A DNA stretch of 37,487 nt from a virus (taxonomy: Duplodnaviria > Caudoviricetes). Location: positions 1 to 37,487 of the IMG/VR virus record IMGVR_UViG_3300027612_000463; one strand, written 5' to 3'. The translations under genes were made by a program, and so were the position numbers. Below the pieces are notes generated by a model. The model searched no databases, was not told the DNA's origin, and worked only from the letters and a program-made list of their open reading frames with translations. Positions 8,482 through 16,881 of this stretch are shown here, piece after piece (position 1 is the first letter of the stretch; every line of letters starts with the position of its first letter).

Positions 8482-10326
8482 CTATTTGTTAGATAGTTTG
8501 TTAAAAAGTGTGTTTTCATTTTGCTCTGCATTTTGCTGATAACCTTCTTGTGCTTTGTAGTTATCATCTTGCGGAGGTGTTTCCCACGGTAATGAATCTA
8601 TTAGACCTTTAACATACAAATTCTTGTAATGTTTTAGTGTTTGATCAGGATTAGCATCTTTCCAAGTGGCTTTGTTTAGTTGAAAGATTTCATCCTTTTC
8701 TTTCAACTCATAATCAGCTTCGCGCTTTAATTCTTCCTGTGATTTTGATTCTTTTTTTTCGACAGTGACTACTGTTTCTTCGTCTCCGTCCACTCTATCG
8801 GAATCGTCTCGTCCGATATCGTTGGCTCCAACATCATATTCCCCATCAGTTTTTTCAACTGATTCTCTATCTCCCCTGGAACTATCTCCCCCGGAACTGT
8901 CTCCGTTGGTGTTGTCTCCGTCTCCGGTGTTTCCTTCTTCTGCCCTATCTGATTGTTCAACATCAAGTCTATCAAATTCTTCGACATCTACCTTCTCCTC
9001 TTCAAACATCCAACCTGGTTTGTGTGGATCTTCGTTTGAATCAACATTATTCGAAGATACAGGTATATTAGGTGTAAATCCAGGATTGTCAACTATACGC
9101 TGTGCTCTTGCTCGTTCGTATTCGGCTCTCTCAAGCCGAAGACGCTCACCGTCATCATCTTCAAGTTCTTTCTTACGGAACTCAAAGGTATATTGTGCGG
9201 CTATTAATAGTAGGACTGCTAGTGGATCAAATACAAAGATAATGATTATAATAACCCAACGTACTGCTTCTTCTAACATATTGTTGTCAGCAGTGTCGCC
9301 GTAAATAAATTCTGCAATGTATTTAATTGGTCCTACTTCTGCTTCTAGTTTGCGGTATTCGCTCTCCAGTGAGATCTTTTCTTCAGTTAGTTGATCAATT
9401 TCTTTCGAAGCGGTTCGAACTCGTTCGTTTTGTTCGTCTATACTCTTTTGGACTTCTTCAGCATTATCTGAGTTTGCTAACTGTTGTTGTAATCTTGTGA
9501 TTAGTGTTTGGCTTTGTGTAACTTGATCCTCAGCACTTTTGCGTAGGCGTTGTATTTCTTCACGTGCGGCAACTACTGTAGGGGAACTGGCGGCTTGTTG
9601 AATCTTGTCTAGCCATTCTGCACGTTCTGCACGTTTAGCATCTTGCCAGGCTGTAAAGGCAGCGGCTGTCTTAGGACCATAGTCGCCATCTACCTTAGTA
9701 CCTACCATGCCTTGTGCTTTTTCAATATCACCTGTGTCAATATAGCCTTGCAGTGTTTCTAGCTCTGTGTCAATTTTATCTAGCTCGTTTTGGAATAACT
9801 GTGTAACACCTGCAATGATTGTGTTCTGTTCTTGTATAGCAGGTTGTATACGTTCGAACGCTTTGTCAATACGCTCTTGTTCTCGATCAATTTGCGTTTG
9901 TATGTTTGCATCTGCGCCAACTTCGCTTGACTCTAGTTGACGTATTCTATTTTCGGCACGCCCTACAATACCTAAATTGCGGTCAATTTCGCTTTGTAGT
10001 GTTTCTACTCTTGCAAGATTATCTGTGCTTTGTGCAGTCTGTTCAATATGTGCTTTAGATAAGAAACCAAAGATGCCCATACTAGTAATAAGCATAAGCA
10101 CAATTACAGCAATACTTAGATAACTTTTAAGCCACCATGTTGCTTGTTTCCAGTACTTGTGTAACCATACTGCGGTTACAAGTTTACCAACTTCTAATAC
10201 ACCACCCATAATCATAATGGGAAGTGCGGCCGCGGCAAAGATTGCTACCAATCCTGCGACAGAGTAGTATATTGCTACAGCACTGATACACAATGCCGTA
10301 ATTAATGTAAGTATTCCAAATATCAT
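8482..10326 (-). CDS. Membrane-anchored coiled-coil protein with peptidoglycan-binding motif
   Basis: Three N-terminal TM segments, long coiled coil, PG_binding_1-like VDGDYGPKTAAAFTAWQ, later TM WVIIIIIFVFDPLAVLLLIAA, acidic tail. Confidence 0.75.
   Translation of the reverse strand: MIFGILTLITALCISAVAIYYSVAGLVAIFAAAALPIMIMGGVLEVGKLVTAVWLHKYWKQATWWLKSYLSIAVIVLMLITSMGIFGFLSKAHIEQTAQSTDNLARVETLQSEIDRNLGIVGRAENRIRQLESSEVGADANIQTQIDREQERIDKAFERIQPAIQEQNTIIAGVTQLFQNELDKIDTELETLQGYIDTGDIEKAQGMVGTKVDGDYGPKTAAAFTAWQDAKRAERAEWLDKIQQAASSPTVVAAREEIQRLRKSAEDQVTQSQTLITRLQQQLANSDNAEEVQKSIDEQNERVRTASKEIDQLTEEKISLESEYRKLEAEVGPIKYIAEFIYGDTADNNMLEEAVRWVIIIIIFVFDPLAVLLLIAAQYTFEFRKKELEDDDGERLRLERAEYERARAQRIVDNPGFTPNIPVSSNNVDSNEDPHKPGWMFEEEKVDVEEFDRLDVEQSDRAEEGNTGDGDNTNGDSSGGDSSRGDRESVEKTDGEYDVGANDIGRDDSDRVDGDEETVVTVEKKESKSQEELKREADYELKEKDEIFQLNKATWKDANPDQTLKHYKNLYVKGLIDSLPWETPPQDDNYKAQEGYQQNAEQNENTLFNKLSNK
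8769..8987 (-). CDS. Candidate overprinted 72-aa ORF nested in the 614-aa gene
   Basis: GAGGAG RBS 7 nt before ATG; lies in the acidic low-complexity linker. Confidence 0.3.
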   Translation of the reverse strand: MSKNLIDLMLNNQIGQKKETPETETTPTETVPGEIVPGEIENQLKKLMGNMMLEPTISDETIPIEWTETKKQ

Positions 10327-10368
10327 ATACTATTTAACCTGTTTTGGCTGGTGAGTTAAGCGTTAGTA

Positions 10369-10869
10369 TTATTCCCAACGGTAAAAAATGTGTTCGCCAA
10401 TGCGTCCAACTAGTGCAAAGTCTCGTGCCCACTCAGGGCTTACGTATGTTGCATGATAGTGTGTTGCACCTTCTGTAATGCCGCGAGCATCGTTGTATAC
10501 TATCATATTGTATGCAATCTGTTGTGCTTCTACCCAAGCATCCATATTAGTAGGCCAATCACTCTTACCATCACAGTACCAACTGAACTGGCAACGATTG
10601 CGTACCATACGTCCGTCTGCATACTGTTTGCCTTGCTGTACTACTTCACAAATTGTACTAGGATAGTATGAGTGATTAACACGATTAATTACTACATCTG
10701 CAACTGCCATGCGATCTGCTCGATTGCTTGAACGTGCTTCATAATAGATGTTTAGTGCCAGGCACCACATTTCAGGTTTGTCATCTGCTGTAAACAATCC
10801 TTTGGCTTGTCCTGCATTTGCACCGACAATTGACGCCAACATAATTAATGCTGTAATAAAAGTTTTCAT
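10369..10869 (-). CDS. Cell wall hydrolase, SleB/Hydrolase_2 family
   Basis: CLALNIYYEAR, AVADVVINRV, CQFSWYCDG, GATHYHATYVSPEW, IGEHIFY; signal peptide. Confidence 0.92.
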   Translation of the reverse strand: MKTFITALIMLASIVGANAGQAKGLFTADDKPEMWCLALNIYYEARSSNRADRMAVADVVINRVNHSYYPSTICEVVQQGKQYADGRMVRNRCQFSWYCDGKSDWPTNMDAWVEAQQIAYNMIVYNDARGITEGATHYHATYVSPEWARDFALVGRIGEHIFYRWE

Positions 10870-10886
10870 TGTATTTCCTTTATGAG

Positions 10887-11309
10887 TTAGCGGCGCATTG
10901 CTGCAATATCTTTTGCTTGATCAGTTCCACGCATAACGGGAACAGCGTTGGATTTGTGCATTGTAGCAATACCTACAATTAAGTCACCAGTGTAGCGAGT
11001 TGACTCTTTCTTTGTAGCAACTCCTACACCATCGCCAAAACTTTTATATTGTGTAGTTTCTCGTTGGTAAGGTTTACGTTCGGGCATGCTAGACACGCCT
11101 TTTAATTTAGGCTTGTATAGTCCACGCACATACAAGTCATAGTCTTCTAAGCTCATCATTTGATCGTGACAGCCCATACGCTTCATACTTTTGTTGTACT
11201 CGCGGTGTTGCTGTTCAAATGCTAATTGTTGATTCTTAGTACGCTGCTTTTGCTTGCGCTTCTTATAATTAGTGGTTGTTAGGTAAGGACCTACCAGCGA
11301 CATTGTCAT
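10887..11309 (-). CDS. Conserved phage hypothetical protein
   Basis: Basic; C-terminal YTG...GIATMHKSNAVPV motif familiar from T4-like marine phages. Confidence 0.7.
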   Translation of the reverse strand: MTMSLVGPYLTTTNYKKRKQKQRTKNQQLAFEQQHREYNKSMKRMGCHDQMMSLEDYDLYVRGLYKPKLKGVSSMPERKPYQRETTQYKSFGDGVGVATKKESTRYTGDLIVGIATMHKSNAVPVMRGTDQAKDIAAMRR

Positions 11310-11370
11310 AAAAAAACTCCTGCTTTTGTTACTGTCTATACAGTATAGCAGGAGTTTAGTAGATTGTCAA
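11310..11370 (-). promoter_or_regulatory. Sigma70 promoter with an anti-SD inverted repeat in its spacer
   Basis: TTGACA-17-TATACT; AAACTCCTGCT pairs with AGCAGGAGTTT (RBS), followed by a T-run. Confidence 0.7.
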
Positions 11371-11374
11371 CCGG

Positions 11375-11509
11375 TTATTTTTCTTCTCTAGTTAGTTCAG
11401 CTAACCTTTCAGCAGATATTCTTAAATTTTGTGCTGCTCTAAGATTCTTTAGTGCTTCTTCTTTTCTTGACATCTCTTGCAAGAACATAACCAACTCGCC
11501 GTCAGTCAT
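11375..11509 (-). CDS. Small hypothetical protein (44 aa), not in the ORF track
   Basis: MTDGELVMFLQEMSRKEEALKNLRAAQNLRISAERLAELTREEK; TAATG overlap with the upstream gene. Confidence 0.6.
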   Translation of the reverse strand: MTDGELVMFLQEMSRKEEALKNLRAAQNLRISAERLAELTREEK

Positions 11510-12000
11510 TAGTCTTTGCCTTCCATAAGTGCAACTGCGGCATCATAGTCTTCTTGCGATACAATACCTTCGCGAAGTAATTTTGTTCTGTTAGCCATAT
11601 GCTTCATTTGAACTTCTTCTTTTGATCCGCCAAAATATGCTACAGCGTGTCCTTCTTCAATAAGAATATCTGTTACACGTTCTTTTTTACCATCTTCAAA
11701 GCGTTCAACATAAAAGTCACCTAAGATACGTCCGAACTTGCCCTTCATGTCTTCGCCATGCTTATCTTCAGTAGTAATAAGTTTACCACCGTGCTTCATT
11801 AGCTCTTTCAGTCTCGCTTTAGCTGCTTCGCCAAACAAGTCTTCTACTCTGTCGCTTGTGCGTGACTCTGGTGTGTCAATGCCCATGATGCGTACACGCT
11901 CGTCTTTTAAACAAACACCAAACCCTAAATCAATATCAACGTCTACTGTATCGCCGTCAACTACTTTAATGACAGTTACGTCATATTCATTCTGTGTCAT
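11509..12000 (-). CDS. Thermonuclease (SNase-like) family protein
   Basis: KVVDGDTVDVDIDLGF, RVRIMGIDTPESRT, GKFGRILG. Confidence 0.9.
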   Translation of the reverse strand: MTQNEYDVTVIKVVDGDTVDVDIDLGFGVCLKDERVRIMGIDTPESRTSDRVEDLFGEAAKARLKELMKHGGKLITTEDKHGEDMKGKFGRILGDFYVERFEDGKKERVTDILIEEGHAVAYFGGSKEEVQMKHMANRTKLLREGIVSQEDYDAAVALMEGKD

Positions 12001-12042
12001 ATTGTACTCCCTCTAAATTATATGCCCGTATTATTTAGTCAT

Positions 12043-12070
12043 AAAAAAAGGCCGCACAAATCGACCTTTT
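12043..12070 (-). terminator. Intrinsic terminator
   Basis: AAGGTCG-atttgtg-CGGCCTT followed by a T-run. Confidence 0.6.
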
Positions 12071-12084
12071 AGTGTTGTGTTTGC

Positions 12085-12597
12085 CTAATCAATATTAGCT
12101 CTATCTAACCGTCTAAATATTTCTTCAATGTCCTTCAAGGCATTGTGGATGCGTTTATCATCATCTATCTGTGTGTTGTTAACTTCACGTTCTATCTTGT
12201 CAAGTCTGCTGTAGATATCTGAAACTTTGTTTGACATGTTACGCATCTGTTCAAGTGTGTCTCTCAGTGAGTAGAGTTGATCTCTTAATGTGTCCAACTG
12301 ACCACGTGTGACTGAGTCATTTTTCTGACGCTCTAATGATCCTACAATTCCGTTTACTTCAGCACTGATTGACTGTAAATCTAATAGTTGATTGTTGATG
12401 TCTTTTTGGGATTGTGCAATAGAATCTATCCTTGCGTGAGCATCTGCTGATGTCTGTATAGACTGTTCAAGCGAAGTTTGTAGATCACTGACGATTCTAA
12501 GACCTCCGTACAACACCCCAATCAAAGGCAAGACTGCTGTGATATATCCTATCCATTTCCACATTTTATAATTCTCCGGTCTAAATAACGTACCCAT
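12085..12597 (-). CDS. Membrane-anchored coiled-coil hypothetical protein
   Basis: N-terminal TM helix then heptad repeats. Confidence 0.65.
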   Translation of the reverse strand: MGTLFRPENYKMWKWIGYITAVLPLIGVLYGGLRIVSDLQTSLEQSIQTSADAHARIDSIAQSQKDINNQLLDLQSISAEVNGIVGSLERQKNDSVTRGQLDTLRDQLYSLRDTLEQMRNMSNKVSDIYSRLDKIEREVNNTQIDDDKRIHNALKDIEEIFRRLDRANID

Positions 12598-12611
12598 ATT
12601 ATTTAGTTAAG

Positions 12612-12637
12612 AATAAAGGGGCGCCGAAACGCCCCTT
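12612..12637 (-). terminator. Intrinsic terminator after the porin gene
   Basis: AAGGGGCG-tttcgg-CGCCCCTT then TATT. Confidence 0.65.
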
Positions 12638-12663
12638 GGTGCCGTAATTTATATTAGTTTAAC

Positions 12664-13464
12664 TTAGAAATTGAAACTTAGACCTGCTGTTGGAGCAAAG
12701 TCTTCTGTGTCGACGTTGTAGTTAGCACCTGCTGTAAATGTTGCACCATTTACATTTACTTCATACTCACCACCGATGTTTTGTAGTGCATCTGTGTCGT
12801 CACCGTTTAGGTATGCTGTTAAGCCACCTGCGGTTGCTACAGTTTCAAAACCAAATGTTTCACCATCTACATCGTAAGTCATTGCGCCGCCTAGTGATGC
12901 TAGGCCTACGTCTAGTCCATCTACGCCTGCACCTAGTACTGTGTTTTCACTGTCTAGGTTGTAGTCAGCTGCTGCTGTTACATCTAGGTTTGCTACGTTC
13001 AATGTGTAAGCGCCTTGAATGTTGCTTACGTCTGTTACATCTGTTGTCCAGTCTGTAAGACCTACTGCAACTACTGCATCACCTACAGTCACTTGTACTG
13101 CTTCTGCCATTGTTGGTGCTGCTAGTGTTTGCTCACCTTTTGCGCCTGGCATTACGCCTAGGTCATCACCAAATGCAACACCTAAGCCTGCTACAGTTGT
13201 GCCAACTGCCCATGTGTCTAGTGTTACTGCATTGCCGTCTGTTGCAACAAAGTCTAGATCGACTGTTGCCAATCCACCCATATCTACACCTAGGTCTAGA
13301 TTCATTGTTCCACCAAACTTGTCGTTTGCTGTTTCAGCAAAGTCAAGTGACACTTCGCCTGAGATAATTGGACCCATTACTGGAGTCTGTGTTTTTGTTA
13401 CTGTTTCTGCGAACGCAGATGTTGCAGCCATAGCGGCTACTGTTGCTAGTACGATTGTACGCAT
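12664..13464 (-). CDS. Outer-membrane porin-like beta-barrel (Rhodobacter-type)
   Basis: Signal peptide (ATSAFA), alternating amphipathic strands, C-terminal GLSFNF. Confidence 0.75.
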   Translation of the reverse strand: MRTIVLATVAAMAATSAFAETVTKTQTPVMGPIISGEVSLDFAETANDKFGGTMNLDLGVDMGGLATVDLDFVATDGNAVTLDTWAVGTTVAGLGVAFGDDLGVMPGAKGEQTLAAPTMAEAVQVTVGDAVVAVGLTDWTTDVTDVSNIQGAYTLNVANLDVTAAADYNLDSENTVLGAGVDGLDVGLASLGGAMTYDVDGETFGFETVATAGGLTAYLNGDDTDALQNIGGEYEVNVNGATFTAGANYNVDTEDFAPTAGLSFNF

Positions 13465-13595
13465 TTTAGAAAGTCCTTCTGATTGTTTTTATTTTTAGTA
13501 CTCTGTGAACATTGCGCTCACTGTAATATTAATTACCTAGATAATACTGATTTTTACCTAGTCGTGAGCGAATTTTAGCTGATTTGCAGAATAAT

Positions 13596-13627
13596 AAAAA
13601 AGAGTGTTACATCTCTGCAACACTCTT
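13596..13627 (-). terminator. Intrinsic terminator after tmRNA
   Basis: AAGAGTGTTGC...GTAACACTCTT then a T-run. Confidence 0.7.
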
Positions 13628-13878
13628 AGTGCTATGTTTGGTAACAAGGTCTAACTACCTCGTAGAGCCCTTAGGCTGCTAATGAATAATTCGCGTTTGC
13701 AATTATTAAGTTTGTTCGCGGTAACGGCGCTTACATCCCGGTAACTCCACTTTCTCTCTTACGTCAATCTATCCTATTTCGACCCCAACAACTATACACT
13801 CAACAAATGTACACTTGGTGGAGTCGCCCGGTACCGCCCCGGGGTCTTGTCCGTCGTTGCTAAAGTTTCAACATTACA
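13628..13878 (-). ncRNA. ssrA: Circularly permuted (two-piece) tmRNA, alphaproteobacterial type
   Basis: Acceptor piece ends CCCGGGGCGGTACCGGGCGACTCCACCA (CCA at 13816); ~29-nt spacer; coding piece starts GGGGTCG at 13786 (7-bp acceptor stem with G3:U70); tag 13700-13671 ANANYSLAA-stop; TATAAATA at 13890-13883. Outer ends approximate. Confidence 0.92.
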
Positions 13879-13896
13879 ATACTATTTATACACCCA

Positions 13897-14202
13897 TTAC
13901 ATATGGATGTCAAGTTCTTTTTCTGTTTTAGTTGATACTTTTTTATTAGGATCTACAAGTTTGCGTAGCCAACTGTCAGCAATGTATGCCTTGGGTGATG
14001 GACCTAATTGAATGTTTAGATCATCTGCTTCGATCCACCAATAGTGATCGTGAACTGCACAAGTACAAGTCATTCCGTATGCTTCAAATTGTTCGCCTTC
14101 TTTGAACTTGCCGATGTATTCTGCTACATTAACAACTCGTCCAACGTTCTTAGGATTAATACTAAAAACTATAACGGCTTTGTCGCCTTCTTCTACGTTC
14201 AT
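13897..14202 (-). CDS. Hypothetical protein
   Basis: ATGA overlap with the upstream ORF; tiles the operon. Confidence 0.7.
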   Translation of the reverse strand: MNVEEGDKAVIVFSINPKNVGRVVNVAEYIGKFKEGEQFEAYGMTCTCAVHDHYWWIEADDLNIQLGPSPKAYIADSWLRKLVDPNKKVSTKTEKELDIHM

Positions 14203-14366
14203 TCTTCTTCTTTTTTCTTTGGCTTGCGTCCGTAGAAGCCGCCTCTAACTTCTAAGTTTTCTGTTCGAGCGAACGGTTCACAATGTGTAATCTTGCCGCC
14301 GTTGGCTAAAAATTCTTCTACTGCTTTTGTTGATTCTTCATCAGTTTGTCTTGGTGTTGGATTCAT
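14199..14366 (-). CDS. Small protein resembling the SutA RNA-polymerase-binding domain
   Basis: KAVEEFLANGGKITHCEP resembles the SutA EEFL.RGGKV.EIEP segment; start 14366 (ATGA overlap). Confidence 0.5.
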   Translation of the reverse strand: MNPTPRQTDEESTKAVEEFLANGGKITHCEPFARTENLEVRGGFYGRKPKKKEEE

Positions 14367-14533
14367 AGTCCTATCAGTCCCCATCCGTGATTTGCTATTG
14401 CATTTAGTATAATAAAAAGGCCAACAAGCACTTCAAATAAAACTATAGCAGTTCTAATCAAAGCAACTTTGTCAGCCTTTTTATCTTCGTCAAAGGCCTT
14501 ACTCCCTAAGGCCTTAGCCCAGACTGTCCACAT
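14363..14533 (-). CDS. Small membrane protein (56 aa), not in the ORF track
   Basis: MWTVWAKALGSKAFDEDKKADKVALIRTAIVLFEVLVGLFIILNAIANHGWGLIGL; TAATG and ATGA overlaps with both neighbours. Confidence 0.7.
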   Translation of the reverse strand: MWTVWAKALGSKAFDEDKKADKVALIRTAIVLFEVLVGLFIILNAIANHGWGLIGL

Positions 14534-14718
14534 TACATGTTATTTTTACGTTCTTGGATCTCAGCGCGGCGAGACTTTGTTAGTTTGCCTAGATCACCTA
14601 GTGCGCCACGTGCTCGTGTTGCTGCTGCTTTAACGTTCTTGGTTTCCCAAGCTTCGTGTTCAGCAAGGTAAGCATTGAATGCTTCTACAATTTGTTCATG
14701 TTGTGTTTTATCGCTCAT
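14533..14718 (-). CDS. Small basic helical protein, histone-H1-like (Hc1-type)
   Basis: NVKAAATRARGALGDLGKLTKSRR resembles the Hc1-like KAA.TRAR motif. Confidence 0.5.
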   Translation of the reverse strand: MSDKTQHEQIVEAFNAYLAEHEAWETKNVKAAATRARGALGDLGKLTKSRRAEIQERKNNM

Positions 14719-15317
14719 ATTTTTTCTCCTGTAATATGTTCATAAATTTCCCTCCAGTTGGTTACTTTAGTAATACCCGGACGGAGTTTGTCGTTCATGT
14801 TGAACCCGTGTTCAACTAAGATTGGCTTTAGACCCAAGTCCAAACCGCACTCTGCGTTTTCTAGTTTGTCTTCAATCCAGTACAACCCTGAATCTTTGTA
14901 AGGAGCAAGTGCATCATCTTTCGGAGCACCTGTGTCCAAGCAAACTAGTTCTTCGAAAGCTGTTTTTCCAAACAACTTTTCTAAGTTCATTTGACGTAGC
15001 TTTTTAGCATTAGCGTCAGTACTCATACTTGTAATACAACGGAATACATAACCATGTTCTTCGTGCAATCGTTTAACATAAAACATTGCATCACGCAGTG
15101 CAGGGAGAAATCCCATTGCAGCACTTTCGTTAAATGTAATTACATGTTTGATTGCTTCATCATGAGAGATACCAAAGCGTGTGGCAATGTCGTATTCCCA
15201 ATTGCCGTTTTCAATTTGGGTGTGTCCACGCTGTTCTAAATAACAGCAGAATGCATATTCCCAATTCAAAATCACGCCGTCTGCGTCTGTAAGTATTACT
15301 TTATCGTTGTATTTCAT
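14715..15317 (-). CDS. HAD-superfamily phosphatase (5'-nucleotidase-like)
   Basis: ILTDADGVIL motif I, CITS motif II, K, WIED motif IV. Confidence 0.8.
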   Translation of the reverse strand: MKYNDKVILTDADGVILNWEYAFCCYLEQRGHTQIENGNWEYDIATRFGISHDEAIKHVITFNESAAMGFLPALRDAMFYVKRLHEEHGYVFRCITSMSTDANAKKLRQMNLEKLFGKTAFEELVCLDTGAPKDDALAPYKDSGLYWIEDKLENAECGLDLGLKPILVEHGFNMNDKLRPGITKVTNWREIYEHITGEKI

Positions 15318-15353
15318 ATCGCCTCTTTCATGCCTAGTTTCATATTATATATT

Positions 15354-15382
15354 ATAATAACATACTAAGAGAAAGTTGTCAA
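15354..15382 (-). promoter_or_regulatory. Sigma70-type promoter
   Basis: TTGACA-17-TATTAT. Confidence 0.65.
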
Positions 15383-15388
15383 CCGATA

Positions 15389-16141
15389 TTATAGTGCATA
15401 TCCATTAGCTTGTAATACAGGCTTGTACTGAGCAAATTGTCCAGTTCGACTTCCGTTAGGTCCCCATTGACGCTTGGCTCCAATATCAACGTGCACAAAG
15501 CTATTATAACAGCCTATACCTGTAAATCCTGCATCAATTATCTTTTGTATCATATCGACTCTGCCCTGTACGCTAGATGTTCCCCATTGTATATCAACTG
15601 CTTTGCGCTGAACATGCATACTATTCCTTGCGCCGCCGACACTAGCATTATAAGCTGGAGTTCTATATGCGCTATTAAGTGTGATTACTCTTCCTAGGCT
15701 TTGTGCTAATGTTTCTAAATTAGTCCAAACCTGCGGCAGCACTCTAGGGTTTACATGAGACTGTACATTAATCCATTCAGAAGTTGGGCGAGGTATAGTA
15801 GAATCTTCCGTAGCATCTGCACCAGTAGCTGTGTCACTTCCGGGTGCACCTACTGCTCCGTCTTGTCCTGTTACAGGACTTGTACCACCTGGTGTGCCGC
15901 CACCGAAAGATTCTAGTGCTTCATTAGTGTCAGGATCATTTCCTGCTGCTAATTCAGCTGCTCTTCCTGAAAGTATTGCTCTTGCTTGTGCATCATCGAT
16001 ACCTACAGTATCCTCAAGGCCGAGTGCGTCTGCAACACCGCCTCCTAGTGTTGGTCCGCCGTTTGCAAAAACATTTTCTGATCCGCCAATTGCTGCATCT
16101 CCGCCGCTGTCAGTATCACCTACTCTATGTATTTTTGGCAT
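15389..16141 (-). CDS. PAAR-like N-terminus + Peptidase M15A (Zn D-Ala-D-Ala peptidase) domain
   Basis: MPKIHRVGD...GSENVFANG; SAYRTPAYNASVGGARNSMH..RKAVDI...GIGCYNSFVHVD. Confidence 0.8.
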   Translation of the reverse strand: MPKIHRVGDTDSGGDAAIGGSENVFANGGPTLGGGVADALGLEDTVGIDDAQARAILSGRAAELAAGNDPDTNEALESFGGGTPGGTSPVTGQDGAVGAPGSDTATGADATEDSTIPRPTSEWINVQSHVNPRVLPQVWTNLETLAQSLGRVITLNSAYRTPAYNASVGGARNSMHVQRKAVDIQWGTSSVQGRVDMIQKIIDAGFTGIGCYNSFVHVDIGAKRQWGPNGSRTGQFAQYKPVLQANGYAL

Positions 16142-16881
16142 TATTGTGGACCTTCGCTACTATAATCTACTGCGGGCAGTGGCGTATCACTACTTGTGTT
16201 TGCTGCTGATTGTTCTTCTGGTGAACGTGCAACTACCTGTCCTGTTGCTGGATCAACTAAATCTGCATTTGGATTAGCAATTTGTGATGCTGTTGCACCT
16301 TCAGGTCTTGCAACCGGCCAACGCTTTCTTGGTCTGCTTGGATTTGGAATTTGATCAGGCGGTCCACTTGGAGAACCTACTGTTATTTGGCCAGTTACTT
16401 CATTGTCAAATCCTAACAATTCACCTTTAGCAAACGGAGTTACTTGTGGTACAGAGCCACGTAACCCATCATCAGGTCCAGCAGCTGGTTCTGCTTCCCA
16501 ATAGTAAAATCCTTCTTCTCTCATTAGTACTTTTAGTGTTGCAGGATCTTGGCCAAGTGCTGCTAAAATTGTTGCTCTTTCTGTATCTAAGTCTGCATTA
16601 CTATCTCCGCTAGGGGCTGCAACTCCGCCGCCGTTAGCACTTACTGTGCCTGCATCGACTGCTGCCGCGACTGCTGCCGCAGTGTTACTGCCTGCGCTAC
16701 TCATACTAACTGCTAGTACTGCTCTTTGGAAGTCGTTGAGTACTCCGTTAGTTACGATACCTGACTCTGGATCTTCTTGTAGTGTACGCAACAATCTAAT
16801 GTCGTCACGTATACCTGTTAGTGCTGTTATGATCCGGTTGTATTCCGGAGTCATGTCTAAATGTTGATATGGATCTGCCAT
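16141..16881 (-). CDS. Hypothetical virion-type protein
   Basis: A/G/P-rich; N-terminal segment similar to that of the upstream gene; TAATG coupling. Confidence 0.65.
   Translation of the reverse strand: MADPYQHLDMTPEYNRIITALTGIRDDIRLLRTLQEDPESGIVTNGVLNDFQRAVLAVSMSSAGSNTAAAVAAAVDAGTVSANGGGVAAPSGDSNADLDTERATILAALGQDPATLKVLMREEGFYYWEAEPAAGPDDGLRGSVPQVTPFAKGELLGFDNEVTGQITVGSPSGPPDQIPNPSRPRKRWPVARPEGATASQIANPNADLVDPATGQVVARSPEEQSAANTSSDTPLPAVDYSSEGPQ

Noticed and set aside
8751-8760. A8 run (GAA AAA AAA GAA) as a second frameshift site
   Set aside because: The main frame continues normally, shifted frames stop quickly and there is no clear downstream stem
12595-12606. TAAATA 2 nt before the ATG at 12597 as another leaderless gene
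   Set aside because: Spacing is probably too short; a downstream Met (MWKWIG) is an alternative start
13780-13850. tRNA-like CCA end and T-arm
   Set aside because: No anticodon or D arm; explained as the tRNA-like domain of the permuted tmRNA
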